Notes under the pieces: model-generated
Seen by the model: the letters and a program-made list of their open reading frames with translations, nothing else
Told to the model about the DNA's origin: nothing
The model's database searches: none
Shown: positions 1-10,379 of the stretch, one piece after another
Layout: each line of letters begins with the position of its first letter
How positions within the stretch are numbered: position 1 is the stretch's first letter
Position numbers and translations under genes: made by a program
Origin: a virus
Lineage: Duplodnaviria > Caudoviricetes
Virus record (IMG/VR): IMGVR_UViG_3300023213_000432
Span: 263,424 to 327,423 of that record
Direction: 5' to 3' (one strand)
Length of the DNA stretch: 64,000 bases

Positions 1-518
1 TGAATATCTCCTATTTTGAACATTATCCATTAGTCCTGCCTTTTAGAAACGCTTATGGACAAATTATTGCTTTGGTGGGAAGAACGTTATTATCGGAGAA
101 TGAAAGAAAGAGCTTAAAGCTGTCCAAATATAAGAATACCATTTTCCGAAAAGGTAATGTGGTGTTTGGTCTTTATGAAAACAAAGATGCTATTTTGGAA
201 AAGAATTGTGTCTATATTGTCGAAGGACAGTTTGACGTTATCAAAGCAGTAGAAAGAGGATTTCGAAATATTGTGGCTTTAGGCAGCGCCAATATGACCT
301 CCTATCAATTTTCCGTCATTAGCAGATACACCAATAACATGTTTCTATTATTAGATAACGATGAGGCTGGCGAAAAGGGGAGAAAACGAGCCATGGATCG
401 TTTTGGGAGCTTAGCCAACATTTGTAATTCCTATTTACCTTCTGAATATAAAGATATTGACGAATATTTGTCTGAACACGACTATCAAACCTTGCTGGCA
501 TTAATGCAAGGTAGTTAA
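1..518 (+). CDS. dnaG: DNA primase, DnaG-type TOPRIM domain (5'-partial)
   Basis: Frame is open from base 3 (LVLPFRNAYGQIIALVGR). It carries KYKN, YIVEGQFDV, VALGSA and LLDNDEAGEKG TOPRIM motifs. Confidence 0.88.
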   Translation, partial: NISYFEHYPLVLPFRNAYGQIIALVGRTLLSENERKSLKLSKYKNTIFRKGNVVFGLYENKDAILEKNCVYIVEGQFDVIKAVERGFRNIVALGSANMTSYQFSVISRYTNNMFLLLDNDEAGEKGRKRAMDRFGSLANICNSYLPSEYKDIDEYLSEHDYQTLLALMQGS

Positions 519-538
519 CCTTTGCTACGGGAGATGCT

Positions 539-1018
539 ATGGAGAAACGAGACAATCGTTCTAATCATTATCAACATTTGTTTGCGGAGACTGCTTGTTC
601 CAATGAAATGATGGAGGCATTTTCTAATGAGTTTAGTCTTTATAATAGACTTAATCCGTTCGAGTATAATGAGGAGTTGATGGATTTAGAGGAGCAATTG
701 CGAAAAGAGTTTTGGCGGATTGTGGAAACTCAATTGACGGAGCGGCAAAAGGCCGTGATCAAATTGTGTGCTGAAGGGAAAACCCAGATGGAAATCGCTA
801 AAATGTTGAATGTTAACCAAAGTTCAATCACCAAAAGTATAAACGGTAATGTCGATTATGGTAAAAAGAACGATGCTGACGCTGAAAATCGAAAAACACC
901 CCAAAAATCAAAAGTATACGGAGGTAGTCGTAAAAAACTTCGTCGTCTTCTTGAAGAAGATCCTAAGGTGCGAGCCATCTTAGCAAAAATGGCAGAGGTT
1001 CGCGCGGAAAAATGGTGA
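539..1018 (+). CDS. Sigma-70 region 4 / LuxR-type HTH protein
   Basis: LTERQKAVIKLCAEGKTQMEIAKMLNVNQSSITKSI is a sigma-4-like HTH. No region 2 is visible. Confidence 0.7.
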   Translation: MEKRDNRSNHYQHLFAETACSNEMMEAFSNEFSLYNRLNPFEYNEELMDLEEQLRKEFWRIVETQLTERQKAVIKLCAEGKTQMEIAKMLNVNQSSITKSINGNVDYGKKNDADAENRKTPQKSKVYGGSRKKLRRLLEEDPKVRAILAKMAEVRAEKW

Positions 1019-1027
1019 AAACTGTGC

Positions 1028-1039
1028 ATAATCCGCTAT
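1028..1039 (+). promoter_or_regulatory. Candidate phage promoter motif (ATAAT-N4-YAT class)
   Basis: ATAATCCGCTAT just upstream of the 1046 start. The same 12-mer class recurs in many intergenic gaps (see findings). Confidence 0.5.
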
Positions 1040-1045
1040 TTATGC

Positions 1046-2308
1046 GTGACAAAAAAGTGCTCAAAGTGTGAGTGCGAGAAAGAAACTTCCGAGTTTAATA
1101 TCCAAACCAGACATAACGATGGTTTATCGTATTGGTGCAAAACGTGTTTTAGAGAATATCGCCGTGAACATCGTATTGCTAATTTAGATGAAGAGAGAGC
1201 GTTGGGACGTTCCAAATGCGCTGAAAGAATAAAATGGCTTCAAGATCTAAAATCTGAACAACCATGTATGGATTGCGGACAAACATACGAGCCGTATTGT
1301 ATGGATTATGATCATGTCCCTGAACGAGGTAAGAAAATTGCATCCGTATCGAGATTAGCGCTCAATATTGCTCCTAAAGAACGCATTCTTGCCGAAATCG
1401 CCAAATGCGATCTTGTTTGTGTTTTGTGTCATAACCGCCGCACACAACAAAGGCTCAATGACAAGTTAGGTTCAGTGCGTCGTTCTTCGCCAACAATATT
1501 AAGAAACATTGAGATCATCAAACAATTCAAAACTTGTCCTTGTGCGATTTGCGGACAACAATATAACACCTTCAATATGCAACTTGATCATATCAATCCA
1601 TCAACCAAAACATTCAATTCCGGTAAAATAAAGAGTCTTTCCGTGGATGTGTTGCTTGTTGAGTTAGCCAAATGTCAAGTCTTATGCGCTTTGTGCCATC
1701 GCAGGAAATCAATTTTGGAGCAACTCAATGGTTCCTATCAGGCAGATCGACTAAAATCGCCACAGAGAGGACGGATGCCTCAAAAGAAGACGCAACCCGT
1801 TGTTATCATGGTATCCAAAGCGGGCACAACAAAACTTTTGCCAGAACAAGAGAAGTCGATCATTCGATCATATCGCAGTGGCAATAAAGCAGATCAGATT
1901 GCAAACGATCATCAAGTTAGCAAATCAACTGTTTGGTTCGTTTTAAAAAAAAACAATGCGCCTTCACATCGAAAGTTAAAGAAGATATTAGATGCGTCCC
2001 ACACTATTCAACTTTCTCCGCTCCCATCCCAAGCCAAAGGGGCACAAAAGCGTCGCATGCCTCGCGAACGCGAATTTGTCATCATCCAAGCTTATCAAGA
2101 TGGCAAAACCATCGACGAAATTGAAGAAATGTTTCAAACAAGCAGATCTTCTATCTATCGCATTTTGAATCGTAATAATATTCCACGTTCTAATAATTTT
2201 AGTCGTTGGACTGGCAAGACCCATACCCCAGAAACCAAAGAAAAGATGTCAATAGCTCGAGCCGCTTTTTGGAAAACCAAGAAAAGAACTAATCCTCCCT
2301 TCTGCTAA
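1046..2308 (+). CDS. Multi-domain HNH homing endonuclease (Zn finger, two HNH domains, two HTH, NUMOD3)
   Basis: CSKC..CKTC; CMDC..DYDH..CVLCH; CAIC..LDH..CALCH; two HTH repeats; C-terminal GKTHTPETKEKMS (NUMOD3). Confidence 0.8.
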   Translation: MTKKCSKCECEKETSEFNIQTRHNDGLSYWCKTCFREYRREHRIANLDEERALGRSKCAERIKWLQDLKSEQPCMDCGQTYEPYCMDYDHVPERGKKIASVSRLALNIAPKERILAEIAKCDLVCVLCHNRRTQQRLNDKLGSVRRSSPTILRNIEIIKQFKTCPCAICGQQYNTFNMQLDHINPSTKTFNSGKIKSLSVDVLLVELAKCQVLCALCHRRKSILEQLNGSYQADRLKSPQRGRMPQKKTQPVVIMVSKAGTTKLLPEQEKSIIRSYRSGNKADQIANDHQVSKSTVWFVLKKNNAPSHRKLKKILDASHTIQLSPLPSQAKGAQKRRMPREREFVIIQAYQDGKTIDEIEEMFQTSRSSIYRILNRNNIPRSNNFSRWTGKTHTPETKEKMSIARAAFWKTKKRTNPPFC

Positions 2309-2319
2309 TAATCTGCCAT
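2308..2319 (+). promoter_or_regulatory. Candidate phage promoter motif
   Basis: ATAATCTGCCAT upstream of gene 2357. Confidence 0.5.
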
Positions 2320-2356
2320 CATATCGAGGCATTGTCTCAATTTTGATAGAGGGCTT

Positions 2357-2824
2357 ATGAAACATACCATCGACTATTCCAAACTCGAAACTCAAGTTGA
2401 AAAGAAAGCATTTCGACTCGCCGATGTCAAAAATCAATTGGAAATAGTAGCTTTTGATATTGTTCGCTTTAAGGATGGAGATCGGGGCGCTCAATTATGG
2501 CAAGTCCAAAACGCAGATGATGGAGATTATATCGTTGCTCTGTATCAAGAGGATGAGGAGAAAAAAACTGCTTCTCCATGGAGCGTAGCTATTTCCAAGA
2601 CTTCCGGAGATGTTCAAATTTCCTATCATGGGGATCCTTTAACCCGTATAGCATTCACCAAACTAGGCATTCTTCGTTCTGAATTGGATAAAGTTTCTGA
2701 ATATCTTCCCGAAAAACTGGCTACTAATAAAAGACTAGTTCAAGCCCTATTGAAAGAGATGTCGGAACCTGCTAAAAATGAGGCATTAAAGAAATACCCT
2801 GAATTGGTAGGGATAAACACATGA
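2357..2824 (+). CDS. Hypothetical protein (probable virion/head-associated)
   Basis: 155-aa ORF with GAGGG RBS; ATGA-coupled to the next gene. Confidence 0.7.
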   Translation: MKHTIDYSKLETQVEKKAFRLADVKNQLEIVAFDIVRFKDGDRGAQLWQVQNADDGDYIVALYQEDEEKKTASPWSVAISKTSGDVQISYHGDPLTRIAFTKLGILRSELDKVSEYLPEKLATNKRLVQALLKEMSEPAKNEALKKYPELVGINT

Positions 2825-4425
2825 GCCTCGATAAGATACATCAACTGGCAAGTTCTTTGGTTAAATCGGCTGCCAATAATGAGAGGCTTGCTATTCCGCT
2901 GTTGCTTATCAAACTCAACAAACATCTACAGGATTTTCCCCAAGATCAAACGCTTGGCTCTATAGCCATGGTTCTTGGAAGAATGAGTAAGAATCAAACT
3001 GCTTTTATTCGCCGTGCTGATTTACATTCTCTTTATACCAAGCTTCATTCTCGCAATACTAAATTTCCTGATTTATTTAAGGAAGAACTAGGATTGACCG
3101 AGATAGAGCTGGTTAAATCTTTCCAACGAGATGATAGTGTTAAACCCATTGATACTTATGCTGGCGCTGATCCAGTATTAGCTAATGCTTTACAAAGCGC
3201 TTTTGATAATCAACTGCCTGTCAAGATGTATTCCCAAGTTTTGGCGGAACGTGCTCAAAAAAGTGTAGGAATCATTTTAGATGCATGGGGACTTAATCCT
3301 ACTTCTTTAGGAGTAGTGGAAGGTAATGACAAGTTCCTAATTGTCAAAGCGGATTATGAAACTCCTAAGGGAATTACTAGTTTCTATGTTCCAGTGGAGA
3401 CATCTAATGACAAACTGATAGAACCATCTACTTTTGTTGGAACTAAGATGGGACTTCAACCACTCAATCATACCAACATTAAAACTTATCTTACCACTCA
3501 TAGTGGCACCAAATTGACAATTAGTGCCTCAGACGTTCTGAATGGATTGGTAAAAGCTGCCTCGGAAAATCGAGAAATTACCGATGTGGAAATTGCTATC
3601 ATCAAGCTTAATGCAGAACGTAAGAAACATAGCGAATTTGCCGCTAATCAGGTTATTGGACAAAAAATTGCTGAAGCATCTGTTAAAGAAGTTAATTTAC
3701 CCAAACATGATGAATTTGTTTCTTTTGAAAAGCAATTTACCTCGCCAGCGGGGTTAGCTGCTTTTCAATTCGGAACCGATCAAATTAAGGTTGCCCGAGA
3801 ACATTTAGTACGGGAATTAGTTAGCTTCGGTTATAAAAATTCACAAGTAGTAGTTTCTGGGCACAAAGATCAAACAGTGTTTTATAGTGTATCTTTGGAT
3901 GCGGGTAAAATTGGATTTGTCATTCCTGTCAAAATTGTCAATGGTAAAGTGATTAAACCAACCATGATGATTTGCAATGGTTCTCCGATAGCTTTTACTT
4001 CGGAAGGCATTAATCAACTTTATGTTGATAACCAGACTGACTTCAAAGCAGCAGCCGCTGCATCTCCAATGTTTGAACTCAAGCCCAATGAACTGATTGC
4101 TACCATCAAACAAGCTATGTTGGAAGAAAATCACAGCAAAGCCCAAGATGCTCTTAATGTGCTCCGGAGCTTAGGAGATGAGAAAGTTTATGCTTTGGGG
4201 TTTCAAGAATTTTTGCATGGACTAAAAGGCAAATCAGCTCCTCAAACCTCTTGCTCTAAACCCATCAAAACTGCAGCCAGTTCTCACTTGGTGTGTAGCC
4301 ATACTGGATTGCCAATTCATAAAGTGTATCAGGATAAAGATGGCAACTGTCGTCCTTTGTATCGTCAAGGGGCAGATGAAACCTATCAAGGCGCTTATTT
4401 CATGAACGCCAAGATTTTTGGGTGA
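2821..4425 (+). CDS. Hypothetical 534-aa protein with C-terminal Cys/His cluster
   Basis: Long ORF in a coupled operon; C-terminal CSK..HLVCSHTGLPIH..CRP; several K-x-A motifs. Confidence 0.75.
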   Translation: MSLDKIHQLASSLVKSAANNERLAIPLLLIKLNKHLQDFPQDQTLGSIAMVLGRMSKNQTAFIRRADLHSLYTKLHSRNTKFPDLFKEELGLTEIELVKSFQRDDSVKPIDTYAGADPVLANALQSAFDNQLPVKMYSQVLAERAQKSVGIILDAWGLNPTSLGVVEGNDKFLIVKADYETPKGITSFYVPVETSNDKLIEPSTFVGTKMGLQPLNHTNIKTYLTTHSGTKLTISASDVLNGLVKAASENREITDVEIAIIKLNAERKKHSEFAANQVIGQKIAEASVKEVNLPKHDEFVSFEKQFTSPAGLAAFQFGTDQIKVAREHLVRELVSFGYKNSQVVVSGHKDQTVFYSVSLDAGKIGFVIPVKIVNGKVIKPTMMICNGSPIAFTSEGINQLYVDNQTDFKAAAAASPMFELKPNELIATIKQAMLEENHSKAQDALNVLRSLGDEKVYALGFQEFLHGLKGKSAPQTSCSKPIKTAASSHLVCSHTGLPIHKVYQDKDGNCRPLYRQGADETYQGAYFMNAKIFG

Positions 4426-5324
4426 TCATGAAATTGACTCGGTTGGGAGAAATTTTCGCTCTCAAGTATAAAGTGGCAGCGGATCCCAAAGAGCTGGAGA
4501 TTTCTCTTCGCAATCAAATTAGGGCGCTCTGGAAATATCCTCATGAGTTGTTCAATGTTTTAGAAGCTTGTGCTAACTCAGATGTAAAGAGCCCAAAAGA
4601 TGCTCATGGACGCAAGGCACTAGAAGGACAGCGCTTTTGTCAAAAAGTGTTAGCGCTGGTGGATTATCTACAAGCCAAGATGGATAGTGCGAATTTGGGA
4701 GAAATACGAGAGGTATTACATCGTTTGATCAAATTGATCGACACTAATAAAGATCTCAAATTCGATGTAGAGGGAAAGCCCACCAAAGAGGGAGAGGTTT
4801 CTGGGGTGCAGTTTCCACATGTTTCTGCTACAATTGAACATATGTTTGAGAAAATACGCCCTAAGACCAAACAAGTAGTTCGAGTGCAACAGGAGAATTA
4901 TGGCAAAGCTCGAACTGGACTAGCTCGAATGTTGAGTTTAGCTCATGATATGTTAGGCACTCTTCAAAGATTGGAGATTATGGTGCCAGAGCAATTTACT
5001 CACGTATCCAAAATTGATGTGGATGAGGATCTGCCGGAAAGATTTGCTCCCCAACGGGCACCTCTAAAAGAACATGAAATTATCGATTTCATTCGGCAGT
5101 ATGGAGAAGACTATGGCGTTTCAACTTATGAAGATTGGAGGATTCTTTTTGAGAACGATCCTCAATTGAAAGAAGAAATAACCACGGTTATTAACGCATT
5201 GAGAAGGGGGCAGTATCCGCGTGGCGCTATTGATGTTCAGCTTCGAATTGCGGAAATTATGAGACGCTATGAAGAACGAAAATCAAAAAATGCCCCGGTG
5301 TTTGAGGACGAGGAAATTTTATGA
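4422..5324 (+). CDS. Hypothetical helical protein
   Basis: 300-aa ORF overlapping both neighbours by 4 nt. Confidence 0.7.
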   Translation: MIMKLTRLGEIFALKYKVAADPKELEISLRNQIRALWKYPHELFNVLEACANSDVKSPKDAHGRKALEGQRFCQKVLALVDYLQAKMDSANLGEIREVLHRLIKLIDTNKDLKFDVEGKPTKEGEVSGVQFPHVSATIEHMFEKIRPKTKQVVRVQQENYGKARTGLARMLSLAHDMLGTLQRLEIMVPEQFTHVSKIDVDEDLPERFAPQRAPLKEHEIIDFIRQYGEDYGVSTYEDWRILFENDPQLKEEITTVINALRRGQYPRGAIDVQLRIAEIMRRYEERKSKNAPVFEDEEIL

Positions 5325-6040
5325 GAATATCAGAACTATTAAACGCAATGGCTAATTGGCTAGAAAGTCCAGAAAATGAGGCTTTGTTGCTAGCAGAAGA
5401 CAACGATGAAGCTTTGAAAATAGTAGCGGAATCTTGCGTAGAAGCAGCTACTATTTTGAGAAAAACAGCGCAACAAGTAGACGTCTTAGAGCCGATGGAA
5501 CCTTCTCAAATCACCCCAGAAACGGTGGATGGATTAGCTGAATTAGCTGCCGCTTTAGATGAATCGGGTGATATTGAGTTTAAAAAACAAGCTTCTGTTA
5601 TTGATGAATTATTGTTATCGATTGCGGCTCCACCCAACGCCACTGTCGAAAGAAAAGATTTGCTCGAAAATAGATTAATTGATTTGAAGAAAAAATATGA
5701 AGGCAATCGAGAGATGCTTCATGAAATCAATCGAACAAAAGAATCGGAAGATGCTATCAAGAAAAGCAAGATGACGGAGTATGCAGAAATTCATATGATG
5801 CCTTTATCCACGCGAACGTGTTTAGATCATCCCGGCGCTCAGATGACGAGAGTAGGTGAAAACATGTGGCGCTGCAATCTTGATGGCAAAATCTATAATA
5901 CAGAAACGGGCTTTACGTTAAATAATGGTATTAAGGTTCCGGGCGGCAATGTGCAGAACCAGACACAAAATTCTCTTAATAATTTTTATTATGCTAGTTT
6001 TGACACTAGAGATGGGCGACTGGGTTACGTCAAGCCCTAA
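5321..6040 (+). CDS. Hypothetical protein with helical-hairpin module and C-terminal Zn-ribbon-like region
   Basis: GLAELAAALDESGDIEFKKQASVIDELL; TRTCLDHPG..WRCNLDG. Confidence 0.7.
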   Translation: MRISELLNAMANWLESPENEALLLAEDNDEALKIVAESCVEAATILRKTAQQVDVLEPMEPSQITPETVDGLAELAAALDESGDIEFKKQASVIDELLLSIAAPPNATVERKDLLENRLIDLKKKYEGNREMLHEINRTKESEDAIKKSKMTEYAEIHMMPLSTRTCLDHPGAQMTRVGENMWRCNLDGKIYNTETGFTLNNGIKVPGGNVQNQTQNSLNNFYYASFDTRDGRLGYVKP

Positions 6041-6060
6041 TTGTTGATATATAATTCAAT

Positions 6061-6972
6061 ATGGGTCGCAAATTAACCCATCAACAATTTGTTGAGAAGT
6101 CCATCAAAATCCATGGACATAAGTATAAGTATCCGGGAACATATGTTAATAATCGAACCCCGATAGAGATTGGATGCCATGTTCATGGTAACTTTTGGCA
6201 GTCTCCCAACTCTCATCTTGGTGGTCATGGATGCAAACAATGTCATTATGATTTGTTAAAGAATTCTAACGATCAATTTTGGCAGAATGTGCATACGGTG
6301 CATGGTCATACATATCAATATCATTCATCTTATGTTGGACTCCGACATACACTTTTAATTGAATGCCGCATTCACGGAATATTTGAACAACGAGCCGACC
6401 ATCATCGTAATGGTAGCGGTTGTCCTCAGTGCCATTCCAATGCTCATATGGGAAAAGAAAAGTTTGTTGATGCCGCTAATGTTATTCATGAATTTAAATA
6501 TTCTTATCCGGGAGAATATGAAGGCAGTCAAACACCAATAGAAATATGTTGTGCGAAACATGGTTCTTTTTGGCAGAAGCCTGCTGTTCATTTACAGGGA
6601 CACGGCTGTCCTCATTGTCCCGCTCGAGTTTCTCGTGCAGAGACAGCGTGGCTTGATTTTCTCGAGATTCCATCAGAGTATAGACAACAACCAATCAAAC
6701 TTAATAATAAATGGATTGTGGCAGATGCCCATAATCCACATACTAACACTGTTTATGAATTTTATGGCGACTATTGGCATGGCAATCCACAAGTTTTTAA
6801 TTCTCAGAAAATAAACTCTTTAGCAGATAAAACTTTCGGACAGCTCTACCAAGACACTCTTTCCCGCGAAGCTCTCATCAAACAAAGGGGCTATAATCTA
6901 ATTTCTATTTGGGAAAATGACTGGAAACGTTTTCAAAAAGACAGACAAAATTATTTAAGGGCTATAAATTGA
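6061..6972 (+). CDS. Homing-endonuclease-like protein: three Zn-ribbon repeats plus Vsr/DUF559-like PD-(D/E)XK domain
   Basis: Three CxxHGxF...GxGCxxC repeats, then ADAH..TVYEFYGDYWHGNP..GYNLISIWE. Confidence 0.8.
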   Translation: MGRKLTHQQFVEKSIKIHGHKYKYPGTYVNNRTPIEIGCHVHGNFWQSPNSHLGGHGCKQCHYDLLKNSNDQFWQNVHTVHGHTYQYHSSYVGLRHTLLIECRIHGIFEQRADHHRNGSGCPQCHSNAHMGKEKFVDAANVIHEFKYSYPGEYEGSQTPIEICCAKHGSFWQKPAVHLQGHGCPHCPARVSRAETAWLDFLEIPSEYRQQPIKLNNKWIVADAHNPHTNTVYEFYGDYWHGNPQVFNSQKINSLADKTFGQLYQDTLSREALIKQRGYNLISIWENDWKRFQKDRQNYLRAIN

Positions 6973-7385
6973 GGCAAAGTTAATAAATTTGTTTGAATCA
7001 AAGAAGCCTGAGTAGATTGAGAAATTACAATTTGTGTAAATGCGGTGGGAGATATAGAATTGATGGCATTATTATTGTTATCCACTGCTACAAGATTACC
7101 TCCTCCAACCGTACATTGAACTGTTGAAGGTCCGTTTCTAGCCGCAAATGCAAGTTGAGCATTTTGCAACGTTAATGTAACACCTACCAATAAGCCACTA
7201 CCAAGATTTTGTTTACCTGTTGCTGTAAGTAAAGTAGAAAATTGCATACCGGGCTCCTGTTGCGCCTCAATATTGCGAAGCGTATCATTTAAGTCTTGGA
7301 TGGAAACGGAAGTTGATGGAGCGACAACTGTAATAAGTCTTGGACTTTGTGACCAATCAACAGAAATATCAGTTCGAATGGTCAT
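6951..7385 (-). CDS. Putative virion structural protein
   Basis: 144 aa, last gene of the inverted structural block, predicted beta-rich (SIQDLNDTLR, TGKQNLGSG, GGNLVA). Confidence 0.6.
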   Translation of the reverse strand: MTIRTDISVDWSQSPRLITVVAPSTSVSIQDLNDTLRNIEAQQEPGMQFSTLLTATGKQNLGSGLLVGVTLTLQNAQLAFAARNGPSTVQCTVGGGNLVAVDNNNNAINSISPTAFTQIVISQSTQASLIQTNLLTLPQFIALK

Positions 7386-7554
7386 TCTTGTGCTCTTGTA
7401 AAAATGTAATCATTTGTTCATCCGAAACTATACCATCAAGCTCTTTAACTATTGCATCTTCAAAAACTTTTATATTAGCACGACGTTTCTCAATATGTTT
7501 TTTAAGAGCTTCAATATCATAATGTAAAGCATCTTTTTTTTGTTCAGGCGTCAT
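7369..7554 (-). CDS. Small coiled-coil protein (possible fibre assembly chaperone)
   Basis: 61 aa with heptad pattern, overlapping both neighbours. Confidence 0.55.
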   Translation of the reverse strand: MTPEQKKDALHYDIEALKKHIEKRRANIKVFEDAIVKELDGIVSDEQMITFLQEHKNDHSN

Positions 7555-10346
7555 GTTGAAATTGTATCTTTGGTACGAATGGTTGAAACGCTTAATCCAG
7601 CAGACGAAATTGTGCCTGTTGTCTCAAATGGAACTATATTGTATTGATCTCCAGATAGATTATGTCTCACACGAACCAAGACAGGGTTATTGCTGAGATA
7701 AACTGTGCTGGTTGCCGTCGAACTGGGGGAAGCATCTGTTCCTGTTGTTTCAATAACATCAATAATCGGAACATACCAAGTTTCTGTTCCAGCCGTTGCA
7801 ACAGGTAATGTATTTAATTCAAAACTATCTCCACTAACTGTACCAGCCATGGTTGTTACGTTAATCTGAGTTTGACTTACAACTGACGTTACATAGCCCA
7901 CCGCAGCATGCGTGAGGTTACGAACAACATCACCAACCAAAATGCCTTGTGTTTGAAAAGTGGCGCCGGTAGCAATAATTGTTGTTGAACTGGTGCCAGC
8001 TGTTGCCGTTAATCCAGTATAACTTGCTAATGTAAATGTGGAAGCTGACCAGCTTGAAAATCTTGTACGATACTCAGCATTTCCTTGTACAAGACGTAAG
8101 GCGCCACCAGCTGAACGGCCCGCTGTATCTTGAGTAATAGCCGTTGAAACGACTACTGTGGTTGCTCCAATGCTTTGAGATGTAGCTGTGTATTGGCTTT
8201 TATTAATAAGGCCGCCACTGGTTAAGAAAACTACAACTGCATCTCCTGTACGACAATTGCTAACTGTAGTTGTAACAGATGTAGGCTCTTTAATAGTAAC
8301 GCCTTGATCACTAACTAAACTGAACTTATTTGTATCACTAGTAAGGAAGTTTTGGAGAACAACACCTGGAGCACAGAACCAAGTACCGCCTGCGAAAGTC
8401 CCAAAAGGCGCTGCGTGAATTGGTGTAATAGCAGTTGATGTGGGGCTGGTTACAAAATTGCTACTATCTTTGAGAATATTATCTGTATTATTAAAAGTAC
8501 CAACATGATTTCTTAAAATCAAATATTTAGAGGCGCCGCCAGCGGGGGAAATATTATTAGCAACCACCGTTCCTACTGCGCCCGAATTGGTTTGAAATAC
8601 TACATCACCAACATTTATAGTACCAGTAATGGTTGAGTAATTAATACGATAATCTTCTCCAATATAAGATTCGCCCGTGATACCATTTAGAGTGGAGGTG
8701 GCTCCAAACCGGGTCAAGTATTTAGTTTCTTCGTAAGCTTGTGCAACAGAGACCGTGCTTTGTAAATTAATGACAATAGAATAGTTTTCGTTGGTTCCAG
8801 ATTGATCAATGTCAAAAGTGGAATTGGCTCCAAAAGTAATTGTAAGTGTAGAACTTGGTGAGGTAGCTGGGCCTACGTTACTTGGTGCTCCTGCTGTACA
8901 AGTCGCGCCGCTAGTGTTACCTTTGATTGTGTTAGTATTAACAAAATCAGTTAATAAACCCGTACTTGGCGCTTCAATTATATAGTAATCAAGGATAGGG
9001 GCAGCAGTAGTGCCAGCCACTTTTGTAACGATACCTGCTGCAGTAGCTGCACTTTCTGCGCCGCTGCTTGGAGTAAAAATAATTTCACCAATCACGAACG
9101 TACCAACTCCAGATGATCCCGTAAATTCTCGATAACCTGTAGTGTTGTTGATATCGGCACCAGTAGCCAGTGGAAGCGGATTTCTACCACCAGAGGCAAC
9201 TGAAAGTGAGTAATCTGAATAAGTTGTAGTATATTGTCTAGCAAAAACTGTAGCATAGCCGCCTGATGTATCTGCAGTTGGCATTGCGCCAGCAGGTGTT
9301 ACCGAACCCGTATCAATCCAAGTAGTAGTGCCAGCCAAAATTTGTTGCATAAAAAGTTCAGCACCCGTGGAACGTCCATATACACGATAGCCAGTAGCTC
9401 CAGTAACAGTGCCCCAGTTAACAGTTACAGTTTGTGTGCTTGTTCCACCTGCAATAGCAATGCTTGTTTCGGTACTAGGTAAAGTTTCTCCTTGAGCATT
9501 GTAAGCAGTAACACGGTAATAATAGGTTCCGTTAGAAAGAGAACCGCCTGTAGTAGCTGTTGAGAAGGCACTATTGACGGGAGCACGCAAACCGTCAATA
9601 AAAATATTAAGTTCTTTGGTCGGTAAAAGAACGTCAATCTGTCCATCACTCCACCAATCAATTGATGAGGTTTTGTAAGATACAACGCGCGAACCATTCT
9701 GATATAGATAAAGGTGAGTTCCTGGTGTAACAATTGTACCTAGTGAATAAACGTTAGCCCATAAACTATCACCAGTTACGGCTGGACCTGATTGTGTAAC
9801 AGAGCCCGTTCCGCTAGTAACAGTAACTGTTCCGCTAGAACCAGACCAATCATTTCCAGATGCATTGCTGGCTGGACGAATCCACATATACATTATAGAG
9901 CCAGTACTATTAAAATCTAGTAATGTTCCAGTTGAGGCGCTAGTGCCGTTGGTAACGGTTTTACCGATATCGCTGGTCACAAATTGTGTTCCAATAGTAT
10001 AAGGAACGCGTACAATACCCGTAGCAGTTCCAGTAGTGCGTGTCCAACCGCTTGTGGTGATAGCGCCACCAGTAAGATGTTCAACACTAGTACGGTCAAT
10101 AAACCAGGGATCTTTGTTGGTATCAGATGAGTCGATAGTGCCAATAGTATATTGCGTGGGCGTCTGGGCGCTCATTACATCGCCTTCAGCCATCTGAGTA
10201 ACGTCGTCCATCAAGTCAGATAGAGCTGAATATAATTGATTTACCGTATTTGTACCGGTTGCACTTCCAGCCCATACTACTCTTTTTTGTCTGTTTTCAG
10301 ATAAATAGAAAACTGTCCAATTTCCACTAAGTATTGTACTAGACAT
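7551..10346 (-). CDS. Large Thr/Gly/Ser-rich virion (fibre/appendage-like) protein with one FN3-like module
   Basis: 931 aa, beta-rich composition; module TYYYRVTAYNAQGETL..TVNWGTVTGATGYRVYGR; GAGG RBS. Confidence 0.75.
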   Translation of the reverse strand: MSSTILSGNWTVFYLSENRQKRVVWAGSATGTNTVNQLYSALSDLMDDVTQMAEGDVMSAQTPTQYTIGTIDSSDTNKDPWFIDRTSVEHLTGGAITTSGWTRTTGTATGIVRVPYTIGTQFVTSDIGKTVTNGTSASTGTLLDFNSTGSIMYMWIRPASNASGNDWSGSSGTVTVTSGTGSVTQSGPAVTGDSLWANVYSLGTIVTPGTHLYLYQNGSRVVSYKTSSIDWWSDGQIDVLLPTKELNIFIDGLRAPVNSAFSTATTGGSLSNGTYYYRVTAYNAQGETLPSTETSIAIAGGTSTQTVTVNWGTVTGATGYRVYGRSTGAELFMQQILAGTTTWIDTGSVTPAGAMPTADTSGGYATVFARQYTTTYSDYSLSVASGGRNPLPLATGADINNTTGYREFTGSSGVGTFVIGEIIFTPSSGAESAATAAGIVTKVAGTTAAPILDYYIIEAPSTGLLTDFVNTNTIKGNTSGATCTAGAPSNVGPATSPSSTLTITFGANSTFDIDQSGTNENYSIVINLQSTVSVAQAYEETKYLTRFGATSTLNGITGESYIGEDYRINYSTITGTINVGDVVFQTNSGAVGTVVANNISPAGGASKYLILRNHVGTFNNTDNILKDSSNFVTSPTSTAITPIHAAPFGTFAGGTWFCAPGVVLQNFLTSDTNKFSLVSDQGVTIKEPTSVTTTVSNCRTGDAVVVFLTSGGLINKSQYTATSQSIGATTVVVSTAITQDTAGRSAGGALRLVQGNAEYRTRFSSWSASTFTLASYTGLTATAGTSSTTIIATGATFQTQGILVGDVVRNLTHAAVGYVTSVVSQTQINVTTMAGTVSGDSFELNTLPVATAGTETWYVPIIDVIETTGTDASPSSTATSTVYLSNNPVLVRVRHNLSGDQYNIVPFETTGTISSAGLSVSTIRTKDTIST

Positions 10347-10362
10347 TGATTCCTCTAATTAA

Positions 10363-10374
10363 ATAGCTTATTAT
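10363..10374 (-). promoter_or_regulatory. Candidate phage promoter motif
   Basis: Minus strand ATAATAAGCTAT upstream of gene 10346. Confidence 0.45.
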
Positions 10375-10379
10375 TACAT

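Noticed and set aside
539-1018. Complete sigma factor
   Set aside because: Only a region-4-type HTH is visible and no region 2, so it is kept as sigma-4-like.
1945-1953. A9 run as a programmed frameshift site
   Set aside because: The ORF is intact through it and no useful alternative-frame product is evident.
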